A stretch of DNA of 64,000 nt from NCBI GenBank assembly GCA_963695435.1, contig OY968788.1, forward strand, positions 134,330-198,329, written 5' to 3'. Below are positions 48,051 to 57,887 of the stretch, in pieces. This stretch comes from an uncultured bacterium. GTDB lineage: Bacteria > Patescibacteriota > Kazan-3B-28. Numbering within the stretch: the stretch's first letter is position 1; each line of letters opens with the position of its first letter. The notes under the pieces were generated by a model, which worked only from the letters and a program-made list of their open reading frames with translations, did no database searches and was not told the origin of the DNA. Both the position numbers and the translations under genes were made by a program.

Positions 48051-48659
48051 ATGGAACAAGAAAGATTGGAAACAATTGAGCGGGAGGATTATGAGCAACG
48101 GCTTGAAGAGGCGGAAGCGTTGTGGAGGATTTTGGCTGCCCGTATAAACATACTCGTTCATGAGGGGATTTTTACTTCTCGCGAAGCTCAACTGTGGTTT
48201 GATGAGGAAGAAAATTGCAAGGCTCATCCGGAATGGGTGCAGGGATTGTTGGACCATTTAGGGGATTTCGAGGATTCAGGAGAGGCTGTTTTGGAAAGGG
48301 TTAGAGATATTTTGGAGAGCTCTCTTTTTTCTAGCAAAGAAAGAGCTGTGTATATGCGGTACGCCGAAGAAGCGAGTTATTGGGAGAAGTTAGCTCTGGT
48401 GGGTAAGTTGGAGTTGGTGGTGGAAAAGCGTTTGAAAGAGAAGGAAGAAGCTAAAAAAATAAAGTACAAATCTATTACGGAACTGATGGATAAAATTAAA
48501 GTGGCAATTTCTGGTGGTCGGTTAGATGAAGCGACTGCACTTTTGTCGGGAATGAATCCTGCTGAAAATCCTGTTGGATACGAAAAATTGAGTCGCGACT
48601 TAGAAAGAGAGAAGATTGTCCAAACTCGCAATCAAATCAACGCAATGATGGCGGCGTAA
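48051..48659 (+). CDS. hypothetical helical protein
   Basis: 202-aa ORF with genome-like codon usage. Confidence 0.7.
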   Translation: MEQERLETIEREDYEQRLEEAEALWRILAARINILVHEGIFTSREAQLWFDEEENCKAHPEWVQGLLDHLGDFEDSGEAVLERVRDILESSLFSSKERAVYMRYAEEASYWEKLALVGKLELVVEKRLKEKEEAKKIKYKSITELMDKIKVAISGGRLDEATALLSGMNPAENPVGYEKLSRDLEREKIVQTRNQINAMMAA

Positions 48660-48710
48660 GGAGGGGGATAATCCAACAATTCGTCAATTCAACAATTGGG
48701 GGAGGCAACA

Positions 48711-48929
48711 ATGAGAATTAAAGTAAAAGTTATTACTAGGGCTTCTCGGAATGCAATTGAAAAAATTTCCGATGAAAGTTTTCGGGTTTGGGTGACGGAG
48801 GTGCCGGAGAGGGGAAAGGCGAATGAAAAAGTGCGGGAACTACTAGCGCTTGAATTTGGGGTTACAAAAACTGCTGTTCACCTTACAAGAGGGCAGACCT
48901 CCAGCCAGAAGGTATTTGAGATAGGGTAG
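48711..48929 (+). CDS. DUF167 (YggU-like) protein
   Basis: VWVTEVPERGKANE..G.TSSQK. Confidence 0.88.
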   Translation: MRIKVKVITRASRNAIEKISDESFRVWVTEVPERGKANEKVRELLALEFGVTKTAVHLTRGQTSSQKVFEIG

Positions 48930-49009
48930 GGGGTATAAGGAGAAAAGTTTGACCTAGAGCGGGTTTTTTGATACAGTGGGGGCATTCTAATTCAGAGAGG
49001 GGGTCTGAT

Positions 49010-49420
49010 ATGGACCTTATTATTGTTTGGGTTGCCATCTTGGTTTTGGGCGGCATAATTGTCGTCACCAAGTGGGCTTTTCCGAAGAAGGTTGCGGCTG
49101 GTCTCTCGCTGGTCTCGGTTTCTGCCGAGGCTTCGCCAGAGGGAAGGGCGGCGACGGTGCAATTGGCTTATAGCGGACTTCCGGCAGAGGGTGAACAAGC
49201 CCTCGAGACAAAAGAGACTGCCAAGCCTGCCTGGTACTTGGTCGCGCTAAAGCCAAGTAGTCGTCGACATCTTCAGCGTCGTCTTCCTAAGAGGCTTCGT
49301 AAGGCAGAACCGATGAGAGTTGTGGCGACTAACCCGTTTGACGCGAAGGAGTCGCTCGCTTGTCGGCATTCCTTAGGAACGAAGCACTTTATGGCGCTTC
49401 GTCTGGAAGAGGTGGCGTAA
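49010..49420 (+). CDS. hypothetical membrane-anchored protein
   Basis: SD GAGGGGG, N-terminal TM helix. Confidence 0.55.
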   Translation: MDLIIVWVAILVLGGIIVVTKWAFPKKVAAGLSLVSVSAEASPEGRAATVQLAYSGLPAEGEQALETKETAKPAWYLVALKPSSRRHLQRRLPKRLRKAEPMRVVATNPFDAKESLACRHSLGTKHFMALRLEEVA

Positions 49421-49707
49421 TGGCACACCAGGTCTGGGCGGTATTGTTTGTAGCCGTCGTTGCCGCCATTTTGGTGGCAGCATTCTTTACGCTTGAGATT
49501 CTCATCAACTTTTGGCCTTGGCCGAAGGGCAAAAGTATCAATTTTTCTAAGACTGATAGGTTTCTTTACAGTCTTGGAGAGGAGCTGGTTGATTTGGATT
49601 TCAAAGTCAAAAGTTCATTAGCCAGGCTGGTTTGGTATCGCAAGGCTGATAACCACTACCATGGTCGTCACAAGAAGAGGCCGAAGTATCGGGGGAAGTG
49701 GAAGTGA
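49420..49707 (+). CDS. hypothetical membrane-anchored basic protein
   Basis: TAATG coupling, SD GAGGTG, TM helix; terminator at 49720-49770. Confidence 0.55.
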   Translation: MAHQVWAVLFVAVVAAILVAAFFTLEILINFWPWPKGKSINFSKTDRFLYSLGEELVDLDFKVKSSLARLVWYRKADNHYHGRHKKRPKYRGKWK

Positions 49708-49833
49708 TATGTAATCTTTCGCCCAGCTCCCAGTTCGTACCGTTTCGGTACAACTGGAGCTGGGCTTTTTCTTTGTCCGTTAGGAGGAGGCAGATGGGGT
49801 ATAATAGGGGGGATATTTTTTAGATATTAGATT

Positions 49834-50376
49834 ATGGCTAGTCAATATACGGAACAACGGGTAGGGGTCTTTGTGGACGTCTCCAATATGTATTACTCCG
49901 CTAAGGCGATGTACCAGAGGAAGGTCAACTTCAAGGCGGTTCTGGAGGCGGCGGTGGGCGATAGGAATCTGATTAGAGCTATTGCTTATGTGATTCAGGC
50001 GGATATTCCTGAAGAGGGCAATTTCTTCGAGGCACTGGAGCACATTGGTTTTGAGGTCAAAGCCAAAGAGTTGCAGATTTTTTATGGTGGCAACAAAAAG
50101 GGCGACTGGGATGTTGGCATCGCAATGGATACGATTAAATTGGCACCCAAGGTGGATGTGGTGGTAATTGTATCGGGAGACGGTGATTTTGTGCCGTTGG
50201 TGGAATATCTGCAAAGTTTGGGTCAAAAAGTAGAAGTCGTGGCGTTTGGGCGGAGCGCGTCCGGGAAATTGCAAGAGAAGGCCGATAGATTTATTGATCT
50301 CGACAAAGACACCAGAAAATATTTGATTGTAGATAGACGCAGAACTGCTAAACCCGAAGAAGGAAATGGCATTTAG
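49834..50376 (+). CDS. NYN domain protein (LabA/DUF88)
   Basis: VFVDVSN, KGDWDVGIAMD, VSGDGDFVPL. Confidence 0.93.
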   Translation: MASQYTEQRVGVFVDVSNMYYSAKAMYQRKVNFKAVLEAAVGDRNLIRAIAYVIQADIPEEGNFFEALEHIGFEVKAKELQIFYGGNKKGDWDVGIAMDTIKLAPKVDVVVIVSGDGDFVPLVEYLQSLGQKVEVVAFGRSASGKLQEKADRFIDLDKDTRKYLIVDRRRTAKPEEGNGI

Positions 50377-53263
50377 GAAAGTTGATGCAAAAGCAGATTT
50401 CTCCAAACAGGAGGAAGAAATTCTTTCGTTTTGGGATAAAGAAAAAATCTTTGAAAAAAGTTTGGAATTGCGTAAGGATGCGAAACGGTATGTATTTTTC
50501 GAAGGACCTCCGACTGCAAATGCCAAGCCCGGACTTCATCATGCATTAGCGCGTTATTTCAAAGATTTGTTTCCGCGTTACAAAACAATGCAGGGGTTTT
50601 TGGTAGAACGAAAAGCGGGATGGGACACGCATGGGTTGCCTGTGGAAATCGCGGTGGAAAAAGAATTGGGAATTTCTACCAAACCGGAAATTGAAAAATA
50701 TGGCGTAGAAAAGTTCAACGCTAAAGCTTGCCAGAGTGTGTGGGAATACAAGGAAGACTGGGAGAAATTCACCCGTCGAAGCGGATTTTGGCTGGACTTG
50801 GAACATCCGTATATCACCTATGATGCGGACTATGTTGAGTCGGTCTGGGCGATTTTGAAGAAGGCATGGGACGATAAACTGATTTATCAGGGGTATCGGG
50901 TAGTGCCTCGTTGTCCGCGATGCGGAACAGCATTGTCGAGCCATGAGGTAGCGCAGGGGTATAAAGAAGTTGAAGAGACTTCAGTTTTTCTGAAATTCAA
51001 AGTTAAGGGCAAAGACAATACTTATATTTTGGCGTGGACTACTACGCCGTGGACATTGCCCGGGAATGTTGCGTTGGCGATAAATCCCACGATTCAGTAT
51101 GCGATAATTGAACATACACAGAGCCGAGAAAAGTGGATTGTGTCGATGGCATACGCTAACGCGTTGATGGCTAGCGGTGGGTTTGGTGTTCCGACACTTA
51201 TAGAAACCAAAGATTTGGTTGGTTTGGAATATGAGCCGTTATTTGATGGGGCAGTTCCGAGGAATGTAGAGAATTACAAAAACGCCTTTAAAGTATACTC
51301 GGCAGAGTTTGTGAATACGATGGAGGGTACTGGGGTGGTACATGTCGCGCCTATGTATGGCGAGGACGACTATAATCTTGGTGAAAAAGTCGGTTTGCCT
51401 AAATTCCATACGGTTTTGCCGGACGGGACTTTTGGTTCAACGGTAAAACAATGGGCGGGTCATCCCATCATGAGGCAGGGAGGGAAAAATCAAGAATTGA
51501 GTCAGGCAATCATTGATTATCTGCGAAATAATCAGTCATTGTTTAGGGAGGAGAAAATTACTCACGATTACCCGTTCTGTTGGAGGTGTGAAACTCCGCT
51601 TTTGTATTACGCATCTGAATCGTGGTTTATCGCGATGACTAAGTTGCGCGACAAGATGATTAAGAGTAACCAGAAAATAAACTGGGTGCCCGATTATTTC
51701 AAAGAGGGACGATTTGGCGAGTGGCTCCGAGAAATAAAAGATTGGGGGATTTCTCGCGAACGGTATTGGGGAACACCGTTGCCGTTTTGGATGAATACTG
51801 ATGGCGATAGCTTCTGTGTTGGTTCATTTGAAGAATTGAAGAAGTTAGCGAAAGATTCTAAAAAAGTCGGTGACAATTTTGATCCGCACAAACCGTTTGT
51901 TGATGACATTGTTTTAGTGAAAGACGGTAGGGAATATAAGCGAGTTCCCGAAGTTTTGGATGTTTGGTTCGATAGCGGTTCAATGCCTTTTGCGCAGTGG
52001 CATTATCCATTTGAAAATAAGGAAAGAATTGATAAAGGACTCGCCTATCCTGCAGATTTTATTAGCGAAGCGGTGGATCAGACTCGGGGTTGGTTTTACA
52101 CCTTGTTGGCAGTGGCGACGCTGATGGGCAAAGAAGCGCCGTACAAAAATGTGATTTGTCTCGGACACATAATGGACAAGAACGGAAAGAAGATGAGCAA
52201 GTCCAAGGGAAATGTGGTGGACCCGTGGAAGATTTTTGATAATTACGGTTCGGATTCATTGCGGTGGTATCTTTACACAATCAATCAGCCCGGTTTGCCG
52301 AAGAACTTTGATGAAGAAGGCGTGAAACAAGTTGTGCGCAGATTTATGTTGACGCTTTGGAATACCTATTCGTTTTTTGTGACTTACGCGAATATCGATA
52401 AGTTCGAAGCTAGCCGAGACCCAAAAATAGTGCCAAAGAATATTTTGGATCAGTGGATTTGGGCGAGGCGAAATCGATTGGTTGAGCAAGTTTCGAAAGA
52501 GTTGGACGATTACAACCCGATGCAGGCATGTCTTGCTATTGAAGCGTTTGTAGATGATTTATCCAATTGGTATGTCAGGAGAAGTCGACGCAGATTTTGG
52601 AAAGGCGAAAATGATGCCGACAAACAGATGGCTTATATTGTGTTGTATTCGGTCTTGAAGGATATGACAAAATTGTTGGCGCCGTTTATGCCGTTCTTGG
52701 CAGAAACTATGTATTCCAATCTGAAATCAGACGAGGAACCAATCTCGGTTCATCTGGCTGATTGGCCAAAAGCAGGAAAGGTGGACGAAAAGATTTTGGA
52801 GCAGATGAAGCTACTTAGGGAGTTAGTTGAAGATGGGCTCAATCAGAGGGAGCAGGCGGGTGTCAAAGTCCGCCAGCCGTTGGCGAAGTTTACGGTAAGT
52901 GCGTCGTCGGCTGATTTGCCCGAAGCGATGGAGGAGATTTTGAAAGATGAATTGAATGTAAAAACGATAGAGCGTGGCAAAGAAAATAAATTGGATACCA
53001 AACTAACCCCGCAGTTACGGTCGGAAGGACTTGCTAGGGAAATTGTGCGGACGATTCAAATATTACGAAAAGAAGGGGGACTCAATATTACTGACAGAAT
53101 AAAACTTTCATGGAATTCTGACGCAAAAGAAGTCAAGCAAGCGATGGAAGAATTCGGTGATTACATCAAAGCGGAAGTATTGGCAGATGAAATACTGGGA
53201 GGAGACGGGCAGGAGTACGCGATCAATGGCTTTATGGTAAAGTTGAGAGTGGAGAAAAAATGA
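50366..53263 (+). CDS. ileS: isoleucine--tRNA ligase (type 2)
   Basis: EGPPTAN, GWDTHGLP, DQTRGWFY, KMSKSKGN, LSNWYVRRSRRRFW. Confidence 0.97.
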   Translation: MAFRKVDAKADFSKQEEEILSFWDKEKIFEKSLELRKDAKRYVFFEGPPTANAKPGLHHALARYFKDLFPRYKTMQGFLVERKAGWDTHGLPVEIAVEKELGISTKPEIEKYGVEKFNAKACQSVWEYKEDWEKFTRRSGFWLDLEHPYITYDADYVESVWAILKKAWDDKLIYQGYRVVPRCPRCGTALSSHEVAQGYKEVEETSVFLKFKVKGKDNTYILAWTTTPWTLPGNVALAINPTIQYAIIEHTQSREKWIVSMAYANALMASGGFGVPTLIETKDLVGLEYEPLFDGAVPRNVENYKNAFKVYSAEFVNTMEGTGVVHVAPMYGEDDYNLGEKVGLPKFHTVLPDGTFGSTVKQWAGHPIMRQGGKNQELSQAIIDYLRNNQSLFREEKITHDYPFCWRCETPLLYYASESWFIAMTKLRDKMIKSNQKINWVPDYFKEGRFGEWLREIKDWGISRERYWGTPLPFWMNTDGDSFCVGSFEELKKLAKDSKKVGDNFDPHKPFVDDIVLVKDGREYKRVPEVLDVWFDSGSMPFAQWHYPFENKERIDKGLAYPADFISEAVDQTRGWFYTLLAVATLMGKEAPYKNVICLGHIMDKNGKKMSKSKGNVVDPWKIFDNYGSDSLRWYLYTINQPGLPKNFDEEGVKQVVRRFMLTLWNTYSFFVTYANIDKFEASRDPKIVPKNILDQWIWARRNRLVEQVSKELDDYNPMQACLAIEAFVDDLSNWYVRRSRRRFWKGENDADKQMAYIVLYSVLKDMTKLLAPFMPFLAETMYSNLKSDEEPISVHLADWPKAGKVDEKILEQMKLLRELVEDGLNQREQAGVKVRQPLAKFTVSASSADLPEAMEEILKDELNVKTIERGKENKLDTKLTPQLRSEGLAREIVRTIQILRKEGGLNITDRIKLSWNSDAKEVKQAMEEFGDYIKAEVLADEILGGDGQEYAINGFMVKLRVEKK

Positions 53264-53763
53264 ACAGGTTTCTATCAAACTTAATTTTAGGATTTTTTGT
53301 GCTGGCGCTAATGGCGGTGTATGGCTTTGCCAAGCAGCCGACAGTCTACAGCACGCTGATGGGTAAAAGTCAGGTGGCAACACAAGCGGAAGATACTCGG
53401 CGCGTAATTTTGCCGAATGGTACGACCATTGCTGTCGAGGTTGCTGCTACCGAAGCGCAGCAGAGCCAAGGCTTGGCAGGAGTAGAGCAATTAGAAAATA
53501 ACACCGGTATGCTGTTCACATTTGCTCAAGCGGGGGCTCATTCGATGTGGATGCAGGGGATGAAAACCTCAATTGATATGGTTTGGCTGAATGATGAAGG
53601 ACAGGTGGTGTATCTGGCAAGCAAGGTGCCTGTGCCAACAGAAGGGCAGACCGAGCTCCCGACTTACACAAATGTTGAGCCGGCGAGATATGTGTTGGAG
53701 CTGGCGGCGGGGACGGTGGAGTCTACGGATATAAAGGAAGGTTCGAAGCTGATTTTGTCCTAG
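53260..53763 (+). CDS. DUF192 family protein
   Basis: VEVA..GL..GMLF..MWM..IDMVW..YVLEL. Confidence 0.9.
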   Translation: MNRFLSNLILGFFVLALMAVYGFAKQPTVYSTLMGKSQVATQAEDTRRVILPNGTTIAVEVAATEAQQSQGLAGVEQLENNTGMLFTFAQAGAHSMWMQGMKTSIDMVWLNDEGQVVYLASKVPVPTEGQTELPTYTNVEPARYVLELAAGTVESTDIKEGSKLILS

Positions 53764-53802
53764 TTCTTGCCAGAGTTGCCCAGAGGTGTTAGCCTGTAAG
53801 CT

Positions 53803-54114
53803 ATGACTTTAGCAGTGATAAAAACAGGTGGGAAACAGTATCTCGTTACCGAGGGCGATACTTTAGATATCGAGACAATAGAGGGAGCGAAAACTCCTTT
53901 GAAGTTGGAAGAAGTATTGCTGGTGGATGACGGTAAAACCACGCAGATCGGTACTCCTTTTATAGAGAAAGCATCAGTTGAAGCCGAGGTGGTTACTGAA
54001 CTCCGCGACAAAAAAGTGATCGTCTTCAAAATGAAACGGCGCAAGCGGTATCGCCGGACTCAAGGACATCGGCAGAACAAACTCCGAATCAAAATAACAA
54101 AAATCACCGCTTAG
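53803..54114 (+). CDS. rplU: 50S ribosomal protein L21
   Basis: AVIKTGGKQY, GHRQ. Confidence 0.98.
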   Translation: MTLAVIKTGGKQYLVTEGDTLDIETIEGAKTPLKLEEVLLVDDGKTTQIGTPFIEKASVEAEVVTELRDKKVIVFKMKRRKRYRRTQGHRQNKLRIKITKITA

Positions 54115-54125
54115 TAGCGGTGATT

Positions 54126-54776
54126 TTATAGATTCTTGCTGTATGCCGGATGAGGGATGGTGTGGAAGTCCTCGAACGGATAAATTACCACCCAAACCTT
54201 CCCGGTAATAAGATGGCGGGCAACTGGTCCCCACATCCGTGAATCAGAACTGTTGTTGCGGTTGTCGCCCATTACAAAATATTCGTCTTTTCCAAGAGTC
54301 CGTTTGACATTAGTAGAAGTGGGTACATTGATGTAGGGTTCATTCAAGAGAACTCCATTGGGGAACTTTGGGTTGTAGATAAATACTTGACCGTCTCGGA
54401 CTTCCACTGTTTCACCAGGGGTAGCGATGATTCGTTTGATGAAGGAAACAGCAATATTCTGCGGCCATTTGAAAACTATTACGTCGCCGCGGTGAGGCGA
54501 GCGGAAGCGGTAAGTAACCTGATCGACAATGATATATTCGTTGTTGTGGAAGTTTGGTTCCATCGAGGGACCGGAAACATAAAACGGCTGGATCAGGAAG
54601 AAACGAATCATAAACGCCACACCAAGAACAGTCGCGACTGTTTTGAAAACATCATAAATAAACAGCGCAGTTGCGACTACGACCGTTAGCCAAGCACTGC
54701 GACGAGGAACTCGCTGGTGTTGGTGAGACGACTTGTGCCCTCCGTCATCGACGGATTCGAACATATCTTCGACCAT
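54126..54776 (-). CDS. lepB: signal peptidase I
   Basis: GPSMEP, RGDVIVF, IKRII, GDNRNNSSDSR. Confidence 0.96.
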   Translation of the reverse strand: MVEDMFESVDDGGHKSSHQHQRVPRRSAWLTVVVATALFIYDVFKTVATVLGVAFMIRFFLIQPFYVSGPSMEPNFHNNEYIIVDQVTYRFRSPHRGDVIVFKWPQNIAVSFIKRIIATPGETVEVRDGQVFIYNPKFPNGVLLNEPYINVPTSTNVKRTLGKDEYFVMGDNRNNSSDSRMWGPVARHLITGKVWVVIYPFEDFHTIPHPAYSKNL

Positions 54777-54847
54777 AAGTTTTCACAAATTCCTTTTCAT
54801 TATATAGTACAACTTACTTTTGTGGTTATAATTTAGATGTTTCGTTT

Positions 54848-54924
54848 GGGCTTGTAGCTCAGTTGGTTAGAGCGTTCGGTTCACATCCGAAAGGTCACTG
54901 GTTCGAGTCCAGTCAGGCCCACCA
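54848..54924 (+). tRNA. tRNA-Val(CAC)
   Basis: Cloverleaf, loop ttcacat, CCA. Confidence 0.95.
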
Positions 54925-55077
54925 CGTCGTCGAAATGGCTTCACGCTACGCACGAGCTCGACAAGTTTGCTCGGCTATTGGCGTTCAGCATTTCTCCTCT
55001 CCCCAAAATGTTCGCTACGCTGGAACATTTCGGGGACCCCATTTTAGGGCTCCTTGGTTTGCGATTTTGGCTTTGGG
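54925..55077 (+). repeat. post-tRNA structured element, copy 2
   Basis: Homologous to 19639-19762, with an extra internal hairpin. Confidence 0.8.
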
Positions 55078-55130
55078 ACTGGGGAAGGTTGACTTATGGG
55101 GGAGAGTCGGATAAGATGCCGACTGTATAT

Positions 55131-55245
55131 TAACGCACCCCGCCATTTTTACTTATCGGTAAAACGACAGAGTAAAATCGTCCACTCCTGCTGATTACTA
55201 GATAATTAGCTCAGGACGAAACACTAAAATGGCGAGGGGAGGTAT
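55131..55245 (+). promoter_or_regulatory. rpsB (S2) leader RNA
   Basis: ccccgccattt/aaatggcgagggg closing stem after TTGACT..TAAGAT promoter. Confidence 0.55.
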
Positions 55246-55262
55246 AAAAAGGAGAATTAGGT

Positions 55263-56036
55263 ATGAAGCAGAATATTTCAGTTGAGGCGATGATGGAGGC
55301 GGGGATGCATTTTGGGCACCAAACGCATAGGCGTAACCCGAAGATGGACCCGTATATTTTTGATGCCCGCTCGGGTATTCACATTATTGATCTGACCAAA
55401 TCCATGCCAATGTTGGAAAGAGCGTTGGAGTTTGCGCGGGAAACTGTTTCAGAGGGCAAGCAAGTTTTGTTTGTCGGCACTAAGAAGCAAGCTGGAGGCA
55501 TTATCAAAGCACACGCAACAGAATGCGGAATGCCGTATGTAGATGAGAGATGGATGGGTGGGCTTTTGACCAACTTCGACACATTGAAGAAAAGATTAAA
55601 GTATCTGCGCGAATTGGACGAGAAATATGCCAAAAATGATTTTGGCGATATGACCAAGAAGGAACGGGTGGAATTGGATCGTGTGTACAAATCTTTGAAC
55701 ATCACGATGGGAGGGCTCCGGGATTTGAAGGCTTTGCCGGCTGCAGTGTTTGTGGTTAGTGTTTTGCAGGACGCAATTGCGGTGCGGGAAGCTAAGAAGC
55801 TAAAACTCCCTGTCGTTGCTATGGTGGACACCAACGGCGATCCAACATCGGTTACTTATCCGATTCCTTCTAATGATGATGCCAAGAAAGCGATCGATTA
55901 TGTGGTTAGTCTAATGGCGGAAGCGTGTTCTATTAGCAAGGCTCCGGAAAAGACAGTTGAGAAGAAAAAGGAAGAAACGACTAGCACAGAACCAGAATTA
56001 GTCGCTAATATAGAAGAGGGGAATGATGGAAATTAA
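55263..56036 (+). CDS. rpsB: 30S ribosomal protein S2
   Basis: EAGMHFGHQ, RWMGGLLTN, VDTN, NDDA. Confidence 0.98.
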   Translation: MKQNISVEAMMEAGMHFGHQTHRRNPKMDPYIFDARSGIHIIDLTKSMPMLERALEFARETVSEGKQVLFVGTKKQAGGIIKAHATECGMPYVDERWMGGLLTNFDTLKKRLKYLRELDEKYAKNDFGDMTKKERVELDRVYKSLNITMGGLRDLKALPAAVFVVSVLQDAIAVREAKKLKLPVVAMVDTNGDPTSVTYPIPSNDDAKKAIDYVVSLMAEACSISKAPEKTVEKKKEETTSTEPELVANIEEGNDGN

Positions 56037-56496
56037 AGCAGAATTAGTAAAAAAATTAAGAGATTTGACTTCTGCCGGAATGATGGAAGCCAAGCAGGCT
56101 TTGATGGAAGCAGGCGGTGATTTTGATAAAGCGGTAGAACTTCTAAAGGCGCGCGGTGCAGCCATTGCCGCTAAAAAGGCAGAACGGATAGCCGCTAACG
56201 GTATCGTTGCTTCATATGTTCATATCGGTAGCAAAATTGGCGTGCTGGTGGAAGTAATGGTGGAAACAGATTTTGTCGCTCGCGATGAAAAGTTTGTCAC
56301 TTTTGCTAAAGATTTAGCAATACACATTGCGGGAATGAATCCAGCCAATCTAGAGGAGCTGATGAGCCAACCTTTTGTCAAAGACCCTAGTATAACGGTG
56401 GCTGATTTGCTAAACGAGCAAGTTGCTCACTTCAAGGAAAATATTAAAATTGGCCGATTTGTACGGATGGAATTAGGGGTAGTACCAACATGTTAG
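56023..56496 (+). CDS. tsf: elongation factor Ts (short form)
   Basis: VKKLRDLTSAGMMEAKQAL, ETDFVAR. Confidence 0.95.
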   Translation: MMEIKAELVKKLRDLTSAGMMEAKQALMEAGGDFDKAVELLKARGAAIAAKKAERIAANGIVASYVHIGSKIGVLVEVMVETDFVARDEKFVTFAKDLAIHIAGMNPANLEELMSQPFVKDPSITVADLLNEQVAHFKENIKIGRFVRMELGVVPTC

Positions 56497-57035
56497 ATGA
56501 ACTTAAATCCAAGTTGGATCAGAGTTTGGCAGTGTTTCGCGAAGATTTGAATGGTGTACGCACGGGCAGAGCCGGTGCGGGTTTGGTAGAAAATCTGGTG
56601 GCGGATGTTTACGGCAGTAAGATGCCGTTGAAGCAGATTGCGAGTGTGATGGTACCAGACTCCCGCTCTATCGCTATTCAACCGTGGGACAAGGCAAATC
56701 TGGCATCAATTGAGAAAGCGATTCGGGAATCTGATTTGGGATTTAATCCTGTAAACGATGGAACGATGGTGCGAATCAATGTCCCTCCGCTTTCAGAAGA
56801 GCGCAGAGCTGAGTTGGCAAAGATTGCATCCAGTAAGGCGGAAAATGCTAAGGTGGTTATTCGCAATGTGCGGCGAGAAGTGATGGATAAGATTACCGGG
56901 CAAGTAAGAGATAAGCAGATCGGTGAGGACGAACAGAATCGCTTAGAAAAACAGGTGCAGGAAAAAGTTGACGGAGCAATCGCTTCCATTGACGAATTAT
57001 TCAAACAAAAAGAAGCCGAGATCAAAACAGTCTAA
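56490..57035 (+). CDS. frr: ribosome recycling factor
   Basis: RTGRA, PPLSEERR, IRNVRR. Confidence 0.97.
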   Translation: MLDELKSKLDQSLAVFREDLNGVRTGRAGAGLVENLVADVYGSKMPLKQIASVMVPDSRSIAIQPWDKANLASIEKAIRESDLGFNPVNDGTMVRINVPPLSEERRAELAKIASSKAENAKVVIRNVRREVMDKITGQVRDKQIGEDEQNRLEKQVQEKVDGAIASIDELFKQKEAEIKTV

Positions 57036-57039
57036 GTTG

Positions 57040-57110
57040 CTCGGAGTGAAAACCCAGAAATAGGGTTTTCCCTTCCGACGCTCGCTAACGCTCACTGCCT
57101 CCCTTTCCAA
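57040..57110 (+). repeat. post-stop structured element, reduced copy D
   Basis: tcgga..tccga hairpin followed by cgctcg..gctcactgc as in copy A. Confidence 0.55.
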
Positions 57111-57194
57111 GAGGAGTTCGCAGTCCGAAGTGAATTCGAGACTGCTCACGGGCAGAATCTAGAATATAGAATTGATGATTCAGAGGGATTTGGG

Positions 57195-57887
57195 TTGAAT
57201 CAGATAACTCCGCAACATATTTCGTTTGTGCTGGACGGTAATCGGCGCTGGGCTAAGGCGCAGGGGTTGCCAACATTAGAGGGGCATCTGCGAGGAACGG
57301 ATGCGGTGTTTAATATTATTCAGTGGTGCAGTGAGGTGGGCGTGAAATATCTGACCACTTATGCTTTTTCGACAGAAAACTGGGATCGGCCGCAGGAGGA
57401 ATTGAATTATTTGTTTGGGATTGTGTTTGAGCAGGGCATCAAAAAATATTTGCCACAGTTGCTGAAAGATAATGTAAAAGTAAATTTGTTTGGGCGTCTT
57501 GATAGATTTCCGGCAAAAATGCAGGCCGTTATTAATGATCTGTTAGCAAAGACGGCGGGGGGCACGGGTTTGATATGGAATGTTTGCATGGATTATGGCG
57601 GGCGAGCAGAGATTATCCAGGCGGTAAAGAAAATCGTGGAGGCAGGGGTAGTACCAGAGGAGATTACTGACCAGGCTATTACCAACCAGATGTATTCTGC
57701 GGGGGTGCCAGACCCGGATTTGATGATTCGTACTGGCGGGGAACACCGGTTGAGCAACTTCTTGCTATGGCAGCACGCCTATACGGAACTGTATTTCGCC
57801 GAGATTTATTTGCCTGCTTTTTCTAAAAAAGATTTTGATGAGGCGTTGGAGTGGTACGCTAATAGGGAACGGAGATACGGGAAATAG
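57195..57887 (+). CDS. uppS: polyprenyl (undecaprenyl) diphosphate synthase
   Basis: DGNRRWA, FSTENW, IRTGGEHRLSNF; TTG start. Confidence 0.96.
   Translation: MNQITPQHISFVLDGNRRWAKAQGLPTLEGHLRGTDAVFNIIQWCSEVGVKYLTTYAFSTENWDRPQEELNYLFGIVFEQGIKKYLPQLLKDNVKVNLFGRLDRFPAKMQAVINDLLAKTAGGTGLIWNVCMDYGGRAEIIQAVKKIVEAGVVPEEITDQAITNQMYSAGVPDPDLMIRTGGEHRLSNFLLWQHAYTELYFAEIYLPAFSKKDFDEALEWYANRERRYGK

Noticed and set aside
6513-48659. C-terminal -AA ends (6716, 22183, 48659) as ssrA-like degrons
   Set aside because: Too few and too short to distinguish from chance; no clpX in the window.
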